Positions 30,799 to 40,331 of a stretch of DNA of 64,000 nucleotides are shown here, piece after piece; the stretch's first letter is position 1, and each line of letters opens with the position of its first letter. A program made the translations under genes and the position numbers. Under the pieces are notes generated by a model that saw nothing but the letters and a program-made list of their open reading frames with translations, was not told the origin of the DNA and searched no databases. The stretch is from Acidobacteriota bacterium (GTDB taxonomy: Bacteria > Acidobacteriota > UBA6911 > RPQK01 > JAJDTT01). The stretch covers positions 288,001 through 352,000 of the forward strand of contig OZ253580.1 of the NCBI GenBank assembly GCA_965263035.1. Reading direction: 5' to 3'.

Positions 30799-32352
30799 TC
30801 AATGTCTGAAGTGCCGCATGCCCGTAAAGACCATGGCCATTCCGTGCTCGTCCGCCGCCTCGATCACCTCCGCGTCCCGGACCGATCCTCCGGGCTGGAT
30901 CACCGCCGTGATCCCACTCTCGGCCGCCTCGTCCAGCCCGTCGCGGAAGGGGAAGAAGGCATCGCTGGCCATGCTGGCGCCTGCGGTCGAGCGCTGGGCT
31001 TTCTGAGCCGCCAGCCGAACCGAATCGACCCGGCTCATCTGGCCCGCTCCGATTCCCACGGTCTGGCCGCCTTCGGCGAAAACGATGGCATTGGACTTCA
31101 CGTGTTTGGCCACGGCCCAGGCGAAGAGCAGGTCCTGGAGTTCACCCGGCTCCGGCGGCCTGCGAGTCACCACCTTCAGATCGTCTGCCGTGGCCCGGAC
31201 CAGGTCCGCATCCTGGAGCAGGCAGGCCCCCGAAATCATCTTGAGGTCGAAACTCGGGGAAGAACTCTCCGATGATTGCGGCTCGAGCCGCATCACCCGG
31301 AGATTCTTCTTCCTGGCAAAGATCTCCAGGGCTCCCTGCGCGTAGGCCGGCGCGATGATGGCTTCCACGAACAGCGTCCGGGTCGCCTCCGCCGTGGCCG
31401 CGTCCACGGGCCGGTTGAAGGCCAGGATGGAACCGAAGGCCGAAACCGGATCGCACTCCAACGCCTTGACGTAGGCTTCCCGGGGATCGGCTCCCACCGC
31501 GGCGCCGCACGGGTTGTTGTGCTTGATGATGATACAGCACGTTTCCTCGAACTCGGAGACCAGACCCCAAGCTGCGTCCAGGTCCAGGTAGTTGTTGAAG
31601 GAGAGCTGCTTTCCCTGGAGCTGAACCGCCCCCGCCAGACCCTGGGGCGGACCGGCCGCCGGCCGGTAGATAGCGGCCCGCTGATGTGGATTCTCGCCAT
31701 ATCGCAAGAGGTCCTGCCGATCCAGGGAGAGGGTCACGGTGGCCGGAATTTCGGCTTCCGACCCGCTCTGCTGCTCCAGATACTGAGAGATGGCCGTGTC
31801 GTATTGAGCCGTATGCCGGAAGGCCTTCCGGGCCAGGGCCAGGCGGGTGGCCTCGCGCGTCTGCCCCCCATTCTCGGCCAGCTCAGCCAGCACGGACGTG
31901 TAATCCGACGGGTCCACCACGACGGTGACGTGGGCACAGTTCTTGGCCGCCGCGCGGACCATGCAGGGCCCGCCGATGTCGATCTGCTCGATGGCGTCCT
32001 CCAGGGTCACCCCCTCGCGGCTCACCGTTTGCACGAATGGATAGAGGTTCACCACCACCAGTCCCAAGGGCTGGATCGCATGTCGGGTCAACACCTCACG
32101 ATGATGGGGCAAGTCGTGCCGGGCCAGGATGCCGGCGTGGATCCGGGGGTGCAGCGTCTTGACGCGGCCGTCCAGGATCTCGGGAAATCCCGTGTAATCG
32201 GATACCGGCGTCACCTCGACGCCCGACTCCCGCAAGGTCCGGGCCGTGCCCCCGGTGGACAGGCAGCGGATTCCCAGATCGTCGAGTCCCCGGGCCAGGT
32301 CCGCCAAGCCATCCTTGTTCGACACACTGATGAGAGCCCATTCGATCTTCAT
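30799..32352 (-). CDS. purH: Bifunctional AICAR transformylase/IMP cyclohydrolase
   Basis: [53 protein letters not shown]. Confidence 0.98.
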   Translation of the reverse strand: MKIEWALISVSNKDGLADLARGLDDLGIRCLSTGGTARTLRESGVEVTPVSDYTGFPEILDGRVKTLHPRIHAGILARHDLPHHREVLTRHAIQPLGLVVVNLYPFVQTVSREGVTLEDAIEQIDIGGPCMVRAAAKNCAHVTVVVDPSDYTSVLAELAENGGQTREATRLALARKAFRHTAQYDTAISQYLEQQSGSEAEIPATVTLSLDRQDLLRYGENPHQRAAIYRPAAGPPQGLAGAVQLQGKQLSFNNYLDLDAAWGLVSEFEETCCIIIKHNNPCGAAVGADPREAYVKALECDPVSAFGSILAFNRPVDAATAEATRTLFVEAIIAPAYAQGALEIFARKKNLRVMRLEPQSSESSSPSFDLKMISGACLLQDADLVRATADDLKVVTRRPPEPGELQDLLFAWAVAKHVKSNAIVFAEGGQTVGIGAGQMSRVDSVRLAAQKAQRSTAGASMASDAFFPFRDGLDEAAESGITAVIQPGGSVRDAEVIEAADEHGMAMVFTGMRHFRH

Positions 32353-32413
32353 CGCATCTCCATGTAGGAAGATCATGTTAACAGTCCGTGGTGATAGCGG
32401 CATTCCCGTCTCC

Positions 32414-32442
32414 TCGTCAAATTCCGGTTTCTAATTCATAAT
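32414..32442 (+). promoter_or_regulatory. Putative sigma70 promoter of selA (leaderless-type)
   Basis: TCGTCA-17 nt-CATAAT ends 6 nt before the selA GTG; no SD. Confidence 0.45.
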
Positions 32443-32448
32443 GGCCGC

Positions 32449-33849
32449 GTGCCCACTGCCCACGAGACACTGCGCCGGATCCCTTCCGTGGACCTGATCC
32501 TGCGCGGGTCCTGCGCGGAATCCCTCTTGGACGAATATCCCCGGAATCTGGTGGTCGAGGAGGTCCGGCACGCCCTGGACCGGCTGCGGGAGTCGATACG
32601 CCGGAGCGACGACCCCGACCGGGCGCTGGAGTCGGGACTGGCAGCTCTGGAGCCGGAGTTGGGCGGGTCGCTCCGGAATCGCCTCCGCCCCTCCCTGCGT
32701 CCCGTGGTCAACGCCACCGGCATCATTCTCCACACCAACCTGGGCCGCGCCCCCTTGAACGAAGAAACGGCTCAAGTCATGAAGAGTCTCTCCCAGGGGT
32801 ACTCCAACCTGGAGTACGACCTCGATCGGGGAAAACGGGGGCACCGGGACCGGCACCTGGAGGAGCAGTTCCGGAGGCTGCTTCCCTGCGAAGCGGCCAC
32901 CGCGGTGAACAACAATGCGGCCGCTCTCTTCCTGGTCCTCAGCACCCTGGCCCGGGGCAGGAAGGTGCTGGTTTCCCGGGGCGAGCTCGTGGAAATCGGC
33001 GGATCCTTCCGCGTCCCCTCCATCCTGGAGCAGAGTGGAGCCTCGTTGAAGGAGGTGGGAACCACCAACCGAACCCGGATCGAGGACTATCGTGATGCCC
33101 TGGACGGGGACACGGCTCTCATTCTCAGAGTGCACCCCAGCAATTTCCGGGTCGTGGGATTCAGCCGCCGTCCCGCCCTCTCCGAGCTCGCCGCTTTGTC
33201 TCGGGAGGCTGGTATTCCCTTGCTCAAGGACGCCGGCAGCGGCTACCTCTTCCGGACCTCCCACCCGTCTCTGCGGTCCGAGCCCACGGTCGAAGAGATC
33301 CTGAAGGCGGGCGTGGACCTGGTCTGCTTCAGTGGGGACAAGCTCCTGGGAGGACCTCAGGCCGGCATCGTCCTGGGGAAGCGCTCGCTGATGGAGGCGG
33401 TCCGCAAGAATCCGCTGGCTCGGGTCTGCCGTCTGGACAAAGCCACCTTCGCCGGACTGGAACAGACGCTCTCCCTCTATGAGCAGGGCGTGTACCTGGA
33501 GAGACTTCCCGTCTACCGGATGCTCGGGACCTCCAGCGCCTCTCTGGAAGGCCGGGCCCGGCAGATCCGGAGGGGTCTGGACCCGGGAGCGTACCGGAGC
33601 CGGATCCTGGACGGTTTCTCCCTGGCTGGCGGCGGATCGGCCCCTGAGGAAACCATTCCCACCATCTTGTTGGCGCTCCGCCCCACGGCCTTTTCCTGCA
33701 ACGAGCTGGCCAGACGCCTCCGCCGTGGGTCCCGACCCGTGGTGGCCCGAATCGAGGACGATCGGGTCATCCTGGATCTGCGGACGGTGTTGTCCGAGGA
33801 AGACGAGGTTCTGGTCCAATCCCTGTCCCAGGCGGCGTCGGAAGACTGA
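32449..33849 (+). CDS. selA: L-seryl-tRNA(Sec) selenium transferase
   Basis: VNATGIILHTNLGRAP, YSNLEYDL, VNNNAAA, SRGELVEIGGSFR, FSGDKLLGGPQAG, GGGSAP. Confidence 0.95.
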   Translation: MPTAHETLRRIPSVDLILRGSCAESLLDEYPRNLVVEEVRHALDRLRESIRRSDDPDRALESGLAALEPELGGSLRNRLRPSLRPVVNATGIILHTNLGRAPLNEETAQVMKSLSQGYSNLEYDLDRGKRGHRDRHLEEQFRRLLPCEAATAVNNNAAALFLVLSTLARGRKVLVSRGELVEIGGSFRVPSILEQSGASLKEVGTTNRTRIEDYRDALDGDTALILRVHPSNFRVVGFSRRPALSELAALSREAGIPLLKDAGSGYLFRTSHPSLRSEPTVEEILKAGVDLVCFSGDKLLGGPQAGIVLGKRSLMEAVRKNPLARVCRLDKATFAGLEQTLSLYEQGVYLERLPVYRMLGTSSASLEGRARQIRRGLDPGAYRSRILDGFSLAGGGSAPEETIPTILLALRPTAFSCNELARRLRRGSRPVVARIEDDRVILDLRTVLSEEDEVLVQSLSQAASED

Positions 33850-33850
33850 C

Positions 33851-34678
33851 ATGGCCGAGAACCCCTTGGCTCCACCGCGGGACCGGCAGTTGCTGGAGTT
33901 TTTCTGCCGGCAGTACGGCCTGCGCCCCGGTGAGGATCGGCTCCACACCCTCGGGACCCTGGCCCGGAGCTTCTCCCAGCTGCCTTACGAGAACCTGACC
34001 AAGATCATCCGGAGCTCCCGGAACGGCAAAGGACCGGCCGCACGGCGCCTCCCCACCCAGGTCCTGACGGATCACCGGGATCTGGGAACCGGAGGGACCT
34101 GCTTTTCATTGACGGCGACCCTGCTCCATCTGGTCCGCAGCCTGGGTTTCAGGGCCCAACCGATCCTGGCGGACCGGCACTACGGATCGGACACCCATTC
34201 GGCACTCCTGGTCTGGATCCGGGGGCGCCCCCATCTGCTGGACCCCGGCTATCTGGTGGTCGAGCCGATTCCCTTGCAAGAGAGTCGCGAGGTGGAGGTC
34301 AAGACTCCTTTCAACCGTCTCCTCCTCTCCCCCGAGAGCCCGGAAAGAATGCGTCTCTACACCCGGCAACAGGGCGGGCGGAGTCATCGACTGACGTTCA
34401 AGACCTCGCCCGCCGATCCGGGGCAGTTCCTGAAGGCATGGGACGAATCCTTTTCCTGGGAAATGATGACCCATCCCCTGCTGACCCGGGTTCAAGCGGG
34501 GAAACAGATCTATCTCAACGGCCGGCGGTTGCAGACCCGATCCCACACCGAGGTCGTCCGGACAGAGTTGGACCTGGAGGAGCTCCATTTGCAGATCGCC
34601 GCGACCTTCGGAATCGCCGTGCCCGTGGTCCGCACGGCTCTTGCCATATTGGACGACGCCTCCCGTGGCTCGAATTGA
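33851..34678 (+). CDS. Arylamine N-acetyltransferase family protein
   Basis: PYENL, GGTCF (catalytic Cys), H..L.V, LLDPGY (Cys-His-Asp triad). Confidence 0.8.
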   Translation: MAENPLAPPRDRQLLEFFCRQYGLRPGEDRLHTLGTLARSFSQLPYENLTKIIRSSRNGKGPAARRLPTQVLTDHRDLGTGGTCFSLTATLLHLVRSLGFRAQPILADRHYGSDTHSALLVWIRGRPHLLDPGYLVVEPIPLQESREVEVKTPFNRLLLSPESPERMRLYTRQQGGRSHRLTFKTSPADPGQFLKAWDESFSWEMMTHPLLTRVQAGKQIYLNGRRLQTRSHTEVVRTELDLEELHLQIAATFGIAVPVVRTALAILDDASRGSN

Positions 34679-35201
34679 AGCGGTGGAGCCGGTCAAGCTC
34701 CTGGTGGCCCTCCTCTGGGCCGACGCCCGTTCCCGGGACCTGGCCTTGGAGCGTCTGGAGCTCCGGTGGGGCGCCATCGACTTCAGTGGAGCCGCCCGCC
34801 CGTTCGACGTCACCGACTACTACGAAAAAGAGATGGGACCGTCGCTGCGACGCCACCTCGTGAGCTTCTCCCGAATGATTCCGCCGGAATCCCTTCCGGA
34901 GGTGAAGCTGGCGTGCAACCGGATCGAGGAGCGGCTGGCCCGTCAGGGCCGGCGGAGGGTCAATCTGGACGCGGGTTACCTGGACCACAGCAAGGTGGTC
35001 CTGGCCAGCTTGAAGTTCGCCGGCCAGAAGATCCACCTGGGACAGGGCGTCTACGCCGACCTGATGAGCCGCTACCGGAAGGGCCGGTACCGGCCGCTGG
35101 AGTGGGCGTTCCCCGACTTTCGAGACGGGCGGTACGACGCGGACCTGGCACGGATCCGGGAACTGTACATGACCCGTCGCCGGACAAGGCGCTACGACTA
35201 G
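34665..35201 (+). CDS. DUF4416 family protein
   Basis: TDYYEKEMG, RRVNLDAGY, LAS.K, IHLGQGVYADL, W.FPD; start inferred. Confidence 0.8.
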   Translation: MARIEAVEPVKLLVALLWADARSRDLALERLELRWGAIDFSGAARPFDVTDYYEKEMGPSLRRHLVSFSRMIPPESLPEVKLACNRIEERLARQGRRRVNLDAGYLDHSKVVLASLKFAGQKIHLGQGVYADLMSRYRKGRYRPLEWAFPDFRDGRYDADLARIRELYMTRRRTRRYD

Positions 35202-36419
35202 TACCTATTAACACTTAAAGTTTCGGGTACAGGCTCTTCAGCTTGATCCGTGCATCCTCCGTCTTGAATTGCCAGTTGATCTCGGTTTGCCGTTGATTCC
35301 GATCGCCGACCCAAGCCTCGATCTCGCGTTGCATCTGGGCCAAGCTTGGAATGCGGCGGTCGAGGCATTGTCCGCACAGCGTGCTCAGTTCGATTTCCGC
35401 AATGTTGAGCCAGCTCCCGTGCTTCGGCGTGTAATGGATTTCGAGTCGTTCCGCCAGTTGGCGAGCGTGTCGGGGCTCGTAGGTCGCGTACAGCGATTCG
35501 ATTCCGTGCGTGTTCAGGTTGTCCATGACCAGGACCACCCGCTCGGCCTCCGGATATCGCCTCTCCAGCATGCCCTCAATCCAGCGGGCCCAATCCTGGC
35601 GCGTACGCCGCTCGCCCGCCTCCACATGGCTGCGGCCGGTCAGCGGCTCCACCTCCAGGAAGATCTGCGCGACCCCGTTGCGCACGTACTCGTGCTCGAT
35701 CCGCTCCGGCTGGCCCGGCTCCACGGGCAGCGGCTCCCGCACTTCGCCGATCAACTGCTTGTGGGTCTCATCCATGCAGACCACCGGCCGACGGGGATGG
35801 TAGGCACGGGCATAGACTTCCAAAACGTCCTCCATGCAGGCTACAAATGCGGCGCTGCCCCGCGGCGGGATCCGCCAATACTTCTTCCGATGAGGCTGCA
35901 GTTGGTTTTTTTTAGCGTCCGCTGCACCGTCATCACCGACACCCGCTCGACCCAGCCCAGTTCCACTACTTTCTCCGCCAGCAGGCGCAGGGTCCAGCGC
36001 TTCCGCCCCGGCGGGGCCTGGGAACAGGCCAAGGCGACCAAGCGAGCCTCGAACACACCGTCGAAGATGACTTCCCGCGGCGGCCGCACCCGCCGCTTGC
36101 GCTCCAAGGCGAACTCCAGACCCTGCTCCACAAACCGCCGTTTCAAGCGCTCGACCGTGCGGGTTGAGACGCCCAGCGCCTCGGCCACCCGGGCCACGGT
36201 CCATCCCGGCCCCTCCGACCCGCGGTCGCACAACAATAGAGCCCGTGCGTACAGGAACCGCTTGCCGGTGGTCTTGGTCGCGGCCCGGGTCAATGCCTTC
36301 AATTCCGAGCGCTCTTCCACAGTGAGCGTGACACGATAGCGTGGTGCCATGAGAACCCCTCCTTCCGAGTTCTCCAGCCTCCTACTATAGTATACGACCA
36401 ATTACATGTTATGGGGTAC
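35201..36419 (-). mobile_element. IS630-family insertion sequence
   Basis: Terminal IRs (ctag)tacctattaaca / (ctag)taccccataaca; TA duplicated within CTAG; two-ORF transposase. Confidence 0.92.
35215..36350 (-). CDS. IS630 transposase expressed by -1 frameshift (HTH ORF from 36350 plus DDE ORF ending 35215)
   Basis: HTH part (RARALL..D, WTLRLLA) joins the DDE part (MDE, MDNLNTH, TPKHGSWLNIAEIE) at an A8 run, 35906-35913. Confidence 0.88.
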
Positions 36420-36421
36420 TA

Positions 36422-36573
36422 GGAGGGGCGACATCCTTGTCGCCCACTGGGAGTGGCGGCTTTCTTGTCGCCTGCTCCTCTGTGTTGCTATGCGATTCGG
36501 TGACCGGAAAGTGTAGAGTGGGGACTCCGTCCCCCCTGCCCCCCTGGTCGGCGACTGGAAAGTCGCCGCTCCC
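36422..36573. repeat. REP/REPIN-like element, subfamily B, copy 3
   Basis: ggaggggcgacatccttgtcgccc, ggagtggcggctttcttgtcgcc ... ggcgactggaaagtcgccgctcc; directly abuts the IS630 end. Confidence 0.8.
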
Positions 36574-36587
36574 AGCGCGAACGGTTT

Positions 36588-37439
36588 ATGATGTCGCCAA
36601 TGCAAGCAACCAAACGCAGGCTCTCGCTGGCCGCCGGCCTTGTGCTCGCCGTCCAGCTCGCCGCGTGCGTGGGTGCCCCGCCTGGCGAAACGCCGCAGCC
36701 GCCCGCACCGGAGGCCGTCGCCGGCTGGCGGATGGTCGACCTCAGCCACGCCTACGGCGGCGGCACGCTCTACTGGCCGACCGACACCACCGGCTTCAGG
36801 CTCGATACGCTGGCCGAGGGCCAGACGCCGGGCGGCTACTTCTACGCCGCCAAGCAGTTCGCCACCGCCGAGCATGGCGGTACGCACCTGGATGCGCCCT
36901 TCCATTTCGCGCAAGGGGGCGCCACCGCCGAGTCGATTCCCCTGGAGCGGCTCATCCTGCCGGGCATCGTGCTGGACGTCAGCCAGTCGGCAGAGGCCGA
37001 TCCGGACTACCTGGTCACTCCCGATGACGTTCTGGCATGGGAGGAAACCCACGACCGCGTGCCGGCGGGATCGGCAGTGCTGATCAGGACCGGTTGGGCC
37101 GCCCGTTGGCCCGACGCGCTCGCCTACCTCGGCGATGACACACCGGGCGAGACCGGAAACCTGCACTTCCCCGGGATCGGTGAAGCGGCGGCGCGCCTGC
37201 TCGTGGAAGAGCGCGGCGTGGGGCTCCTGGGCATCGACACCGCCAGCGTCGACTACGGTCAGTCGACCGACTTCATCGTCCACCGGATCGGGGCCGCAGC
37301 CGATGTGCCCAACCTGGAGAACGTCGCCGACCTGTCGGCATTGCCACCGACCGGCTTTCTGCTCGCGGCGCTGCCGATGAAGATCGAAGGCGGCACCGGC
37401 GCCCCGGTGCGCATTGTCGCACTGATCCCGCCGCGTTGA
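36588..37439 (+). CDS. Cyclase family (kynurenine formamidase-like) metal hydrolase, probable lipoprotein
   Basis: EHGGTHLDAPFHF, IRTGW, HFPG, GIDTASVD, LENV, GAPVR; lipobox LAAC. Confidence 0.88.
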   Translation: MMSPMQATKRRLSLAAGLVLAVQLAACVGAPPGETPQPPAPEAVAGWRMVDLSHAYGGGTLYWPTDTTGFRLDTLAEGQTPGGYFYAAKQFATAEHGGTHLDAPFHFAQGGATAESIPLERLILPGIVLDVSQSAEADPDYLVTPDDVLAWEETHDRVPAGSAVLIRTGWAARWPDALAYLGDDTPGETGNLHFPGIGEAAARLLVEERGVGLLGIDTASVDYGQSTDFIVHRIGAAADVPNLENVADLSALPPTGFLLAALPMKIEGGTGAPVRIVALIPPR

Positions 37440-37519
37440 CTCGATGAGAGATGCGGGACAGACGCGGAGCCTCGCGGCAGGCTCAATAGACCATAATTCC
37501 CATGCAAAGGAGGACGCAC

Positions 37520-37903
37520 ATGAACGCACAACGCATCAATCCCCCGTCGTTGCCGACGCCGGCCGCCGCTTATTCTCAGGTGGTCCGGAAAGGATCGCTG
37601 GTCACCACGGCGGGAATGATCGCCTTCGACGCCGAGAGCAACCTGGTGGGAGAAGGCGACATCGGCGCCCAGACGCGGCAAACCCTCGACAACCTGCAGA
37701 CCGCCCTGGAAGCGGCCGACTCGTCGCTGGACGACGTGGTCAAGGTCACCGTCTTCCTGAGCGACATGGTCTACTACGAGGGCATGAACGCCGTCTTCAA
37801 CGAGTATTTTGACGGGCGCCCTCCCGCCCGCTCCACCGTCCAGTCGGGCCTGGTCCTTCCTTCGCTATTGGTTGAGATCGAGGCGATCGCCGTGGCGGAT
37901 TGA
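37520..37903 (+). CDS. RidA/YjgF family protein
   Basis: AYSQ, QTRQTLDN, VVKVTVFL, MNAVF..YF...PPARS, LVEIEAIA; AGGAGG RBS. Confidence 0.92.
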   Translation: MNAQRINPPSLPTPAAAYSQVVRKGSLVTTAGMIAFDAESNLVGEGDIGAQTRQTLDNLQTALEAADSSLDDVVKVTVFLSDMVYYEGMNAVFNEYFDGRPPARSTVQSGLVLPSLLVEIEAIAVAD

Positions 37904-37972
37904 GGTTGATTCGGTCGATCGGCCCCAACCTGAACTCATCCCCCCAGTCGTTCCACCGAGGCCGCCGACGTC

Positions 37973-38025
37973 TTGACATGCGCCATCGGGAACGGTAATA
38001 CCATAAATCCAGTCTGGTATTACCG
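37973..38025 (+). promoter_or_regulatory. TA promoter with an 11-bp inverted-repeat operator
   Basis: TTGACA at 37973; cggtaatacca (37993-38003) and tggtattaccg (38015-38025) cover the -10 region. Confidence 0.7.
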
Positions 38026-38034
38026 GAGGATGCG

Positions 38035-38274
38035 ATGAATACCGTTTCGTTGAAGGTGCCTGATCCGCTCGCCGCTGAATTGGCCGCGACGGCGCGGCGG
38101 AAGGGCATGAGCAAGTCCGCCCTGATTCGCGAGGCTCTGACCGCGTACCTGAGCAGGTTGGAGACCGATCGACCCGGGTCGGCTCTGTCGCGCGTGGCCG
38201 ATCTCGAGGGCATACTTTGCGGGCCCGAAGACCTGTCGGCGAACCAGGACTACCTGGAAGAATTCGGCCGATGA
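38035..38274 (+). CDS. vapB: Ribbon-helix-helix (CopG) antitoxin
   Basis: MNTVSLKVP..L...L...AR..GMSKSALIREAL; overlaps the PIN toxin gene. Confidence 0.85.
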   Translation: MNTVSLKVPDPLAAELAATARRKGMSKSALIREALTAYLSRLETDRPGSALSRVADLEGILCGPEDLSANQDYLEEFGR

Positions 38275-38690
38275 GAAAAGGAGTCATCCTGGACACGGGT
38301 CCGCTGGTGGCATTGTTGAACCGGCGCGACCGGCACCATCGCTGGGCGAAGGACCAATGGGCTGAGATCGCCCCGCCCCTGCTCACTTGTGAATCCGTCC
38401 TGGCGGAAGCTTGCTTTCTGGTCCAACCCTTCGCGGGTGGACAGATGGCCGTGCTGGAAATGGTCCGGCGCAGTGTCTTGGACCTGTCATTTCGCCTGGC
38501 CGAAGAAACCGCCGCCGTCTCCCGGTTGCTGAAGAAGTACCAGGACGCGCCCATGTCCCTCGCGGACGGCTGCCTTGTCCGAATGGCCGAACAGCATCCG
38601 GAGAGTGTCGTCTTCACTCTCGACAACGACTTCAAGATCTACCGCAAGTTTCGGCGGCAACGAATACCGACTCTGTCTCCAACCATTTGA
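38271..38690 (+). CDS. vapC: PIN-domain toxin (VapC-like)
   Basis: VILDTGPLVA, VLAE, MSLADGCL, FTLDNDF acidic PIN residues. Confidence 0.88.
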   Translation: MRKGVILDTGPLVALLNRRDRHHRWAKDQWAEIAPPLLTCESVLAEACFLVQPFAGGQMAVLEMVRRSVLDLSFRLAEETAAVSRLLKKYQDAPMSLADGCLVRMAEQHPESVVFTLDNDFKIYRKFRRQRIPTLSPTI

Positions 38691-38739
38691 GCACCATTCA
38701 CTGTCCTGAATTCGAGAGAATCCCCGGCGTTATCACGAC

Positions 38740-40293
38740 ATGAACCTGTTCGAGAGCAGCGGGGGGCTGGCGCCCATCGACTGGATCATCATCGTCCTCT
38801 ACGCCGCCGGTACCATCGCGTTGGGAAGCTACTACACCCGGCGGCAGACCAACCTGGAGGAGTACTTCACCGGTGGCGGCCGCATGAACCCCAAGCTGAT
38901 CGGGGTGTCTCTCATGGCCACCTCGCTCAGCACCATCGCCTATCTCGCCATTCCGGGTGAGGCCATCGCCAACGGACCGGTGGGGCTCGCCAACCAGCTC
39001 GCGCAGCCTTTCATCTTCCTGGTGGTCGGCTTCGTCTTCATTCCCTATTTCATGCGGAAACGGGTCATCAGCGCCTACGAGTTGCTGGAGGCTCGCCTGG
39101 GTCTGGGGATCCGGATGCTGGGCGCCGCCATGTTTCTCGTGTTCCGGTTGGTCTGGATGTCCCTCCTGATCTTTCTGGGCGCCAGGGCCCTGGCCATCAT
39201 GATGAGCCTGGACGCATCCTGGATTCCCTGGATCACCTTGATCACCGGAATGGTGGCCGTCACCTACACTTCCCTGGGAGGACTCCGAGCGGTGGTCATC
39301 ACCGACAGCTTTCAGACCGTCATGATGTTGGGAGGCGCGATCCTGGTCATCGGGCTGGTGACCTGGCGAGTGGGAGACTTCGGCTGGTTCCCCACCTCCT
39401 GGCAGCCTCACTGGGATGAGCAACCCCTGTTCAGCTTCGACCCTTCCGTCCGGTTGAGCATCCTGGGCACGGCGTTCTCCACCTTCGTCATGGCGACTTG
39501 CGGACTGGTGGGCGACCAGACCAAGATCCAACGCCTGATGGCCACCGTCGACGCCCGGGCCGCCCGGCAGGCCTACCTGGTCAACCAGATCGTGGGAGTG
39601 ACGGTGGTTCTGGTGCTCTGGGTGGTGGGGTTCTCGCTGATGGGCCTGCTCCAGAGCCATCCCGAACTCCTGCCCTCGGGGATCGACATGGTCCGCAACG
39701 GCGACAGCGTGTTCCCTTATTTCATCGCGCATCTGTTGCCGCCCGGGATCTCAGGACTGGTGGCCGCCGCCATGCTGGCCGCCGCCATGTCCAGCATCGA
39801 CTCGGGGGTCAACTCCATCACCGCCGTCGTCAACCGCGACTTTTTGGACCGGTTCGGCTGGCTCCCCTCCGATCCGCGGACCCAGGCACGCTGGGCCAAG
39901 ATCCTGGCCTTCGTCATCGGCGCCGTCGTGGTGGGGGGAAGCGCCTACATGGGGGCCGTCCCCGGCAACATCTTTGCGGTGAGCAAGAAGACCTCCGGAT
40001 TGCTGATGACCCCCTTGTTCGGACTCTTCTTCTTCGCTTTCTTCGTCCCCTTCGCCCGCCCCGCCGGCGTGGCCGCAGGCGCCGTCGCCGGCATGACCAC
40101 GGCGGTCCTCCTGGCCTACTCCGGACCCATCTTCGGCATGCACCCGGTGACGGGAGAGGACCCGGTGAGCTTTATCTGGATCGCCCCCGGGTCCCTGGTG
40201 GTGAACCTGGCCGTAGGACTCGCCGTCAGCTACCTTCTACACGTTCGCCAGATTCGGAGCCCGCGCCGGCCGGGCAATCGTTCCGGGCCGTGA
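38740..40293 (+). CDS. Sodium:solute symporter (SSS family)
   Basis: EYFTGG, SAYELLEARLG, YTSLGGLRAVVITD, AAAMSSIDSGVNS. Confidence 0.92.
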   Translation: MNLFESSGGLAPIDWIIIVLYAAGTIALGSYYTRRQTNLEEYFTGGGRMNPKLIGVSLMATSLSTIAYLAIPGEAIANGPVGLANQLAQPFIFLVVGFVFIPYFMRKRVISAYELLEARLGLGIRMLGAAMFLVFRLVWMSLLIFLGARALAIMMSLDASWIPWITLITGMVAVTYTSLGGLRAVVITDSFQTVMMLGGAILVIGLVTWRVGDFGWFPTSWQPHWDEQPLFSFDPSVRLSILGTAFSTFVMATCGLVGDQTKIQRLMATVDARAARQAYLVNQIVGVTVVLVLWVVGFSLMGLLQSHPELLPSGIDMVRNGDSVFPYFIAHLLPPGISGLVAAAMLAAAMSSIDSGVNSITAVVNRDFLDRFGWLPSDPRTQARWAKILAFVIGAVVVGGSAYMGAVPGNIFAVSKKTSGLLMTPLFGLFFFAFFVPFARPAGVAAGAVAGMTTAVLLAYSGPIFGMHPVTGEDPVSFIWIAPGSLVVNLAVGLAVSYLLHVRQIRSPRRPGNRSGP

Positions 40294-40331
40294 ATTCGCT
40301 ACGGTGGCAGGCAGTGCCCCCGTGCGGGGGC

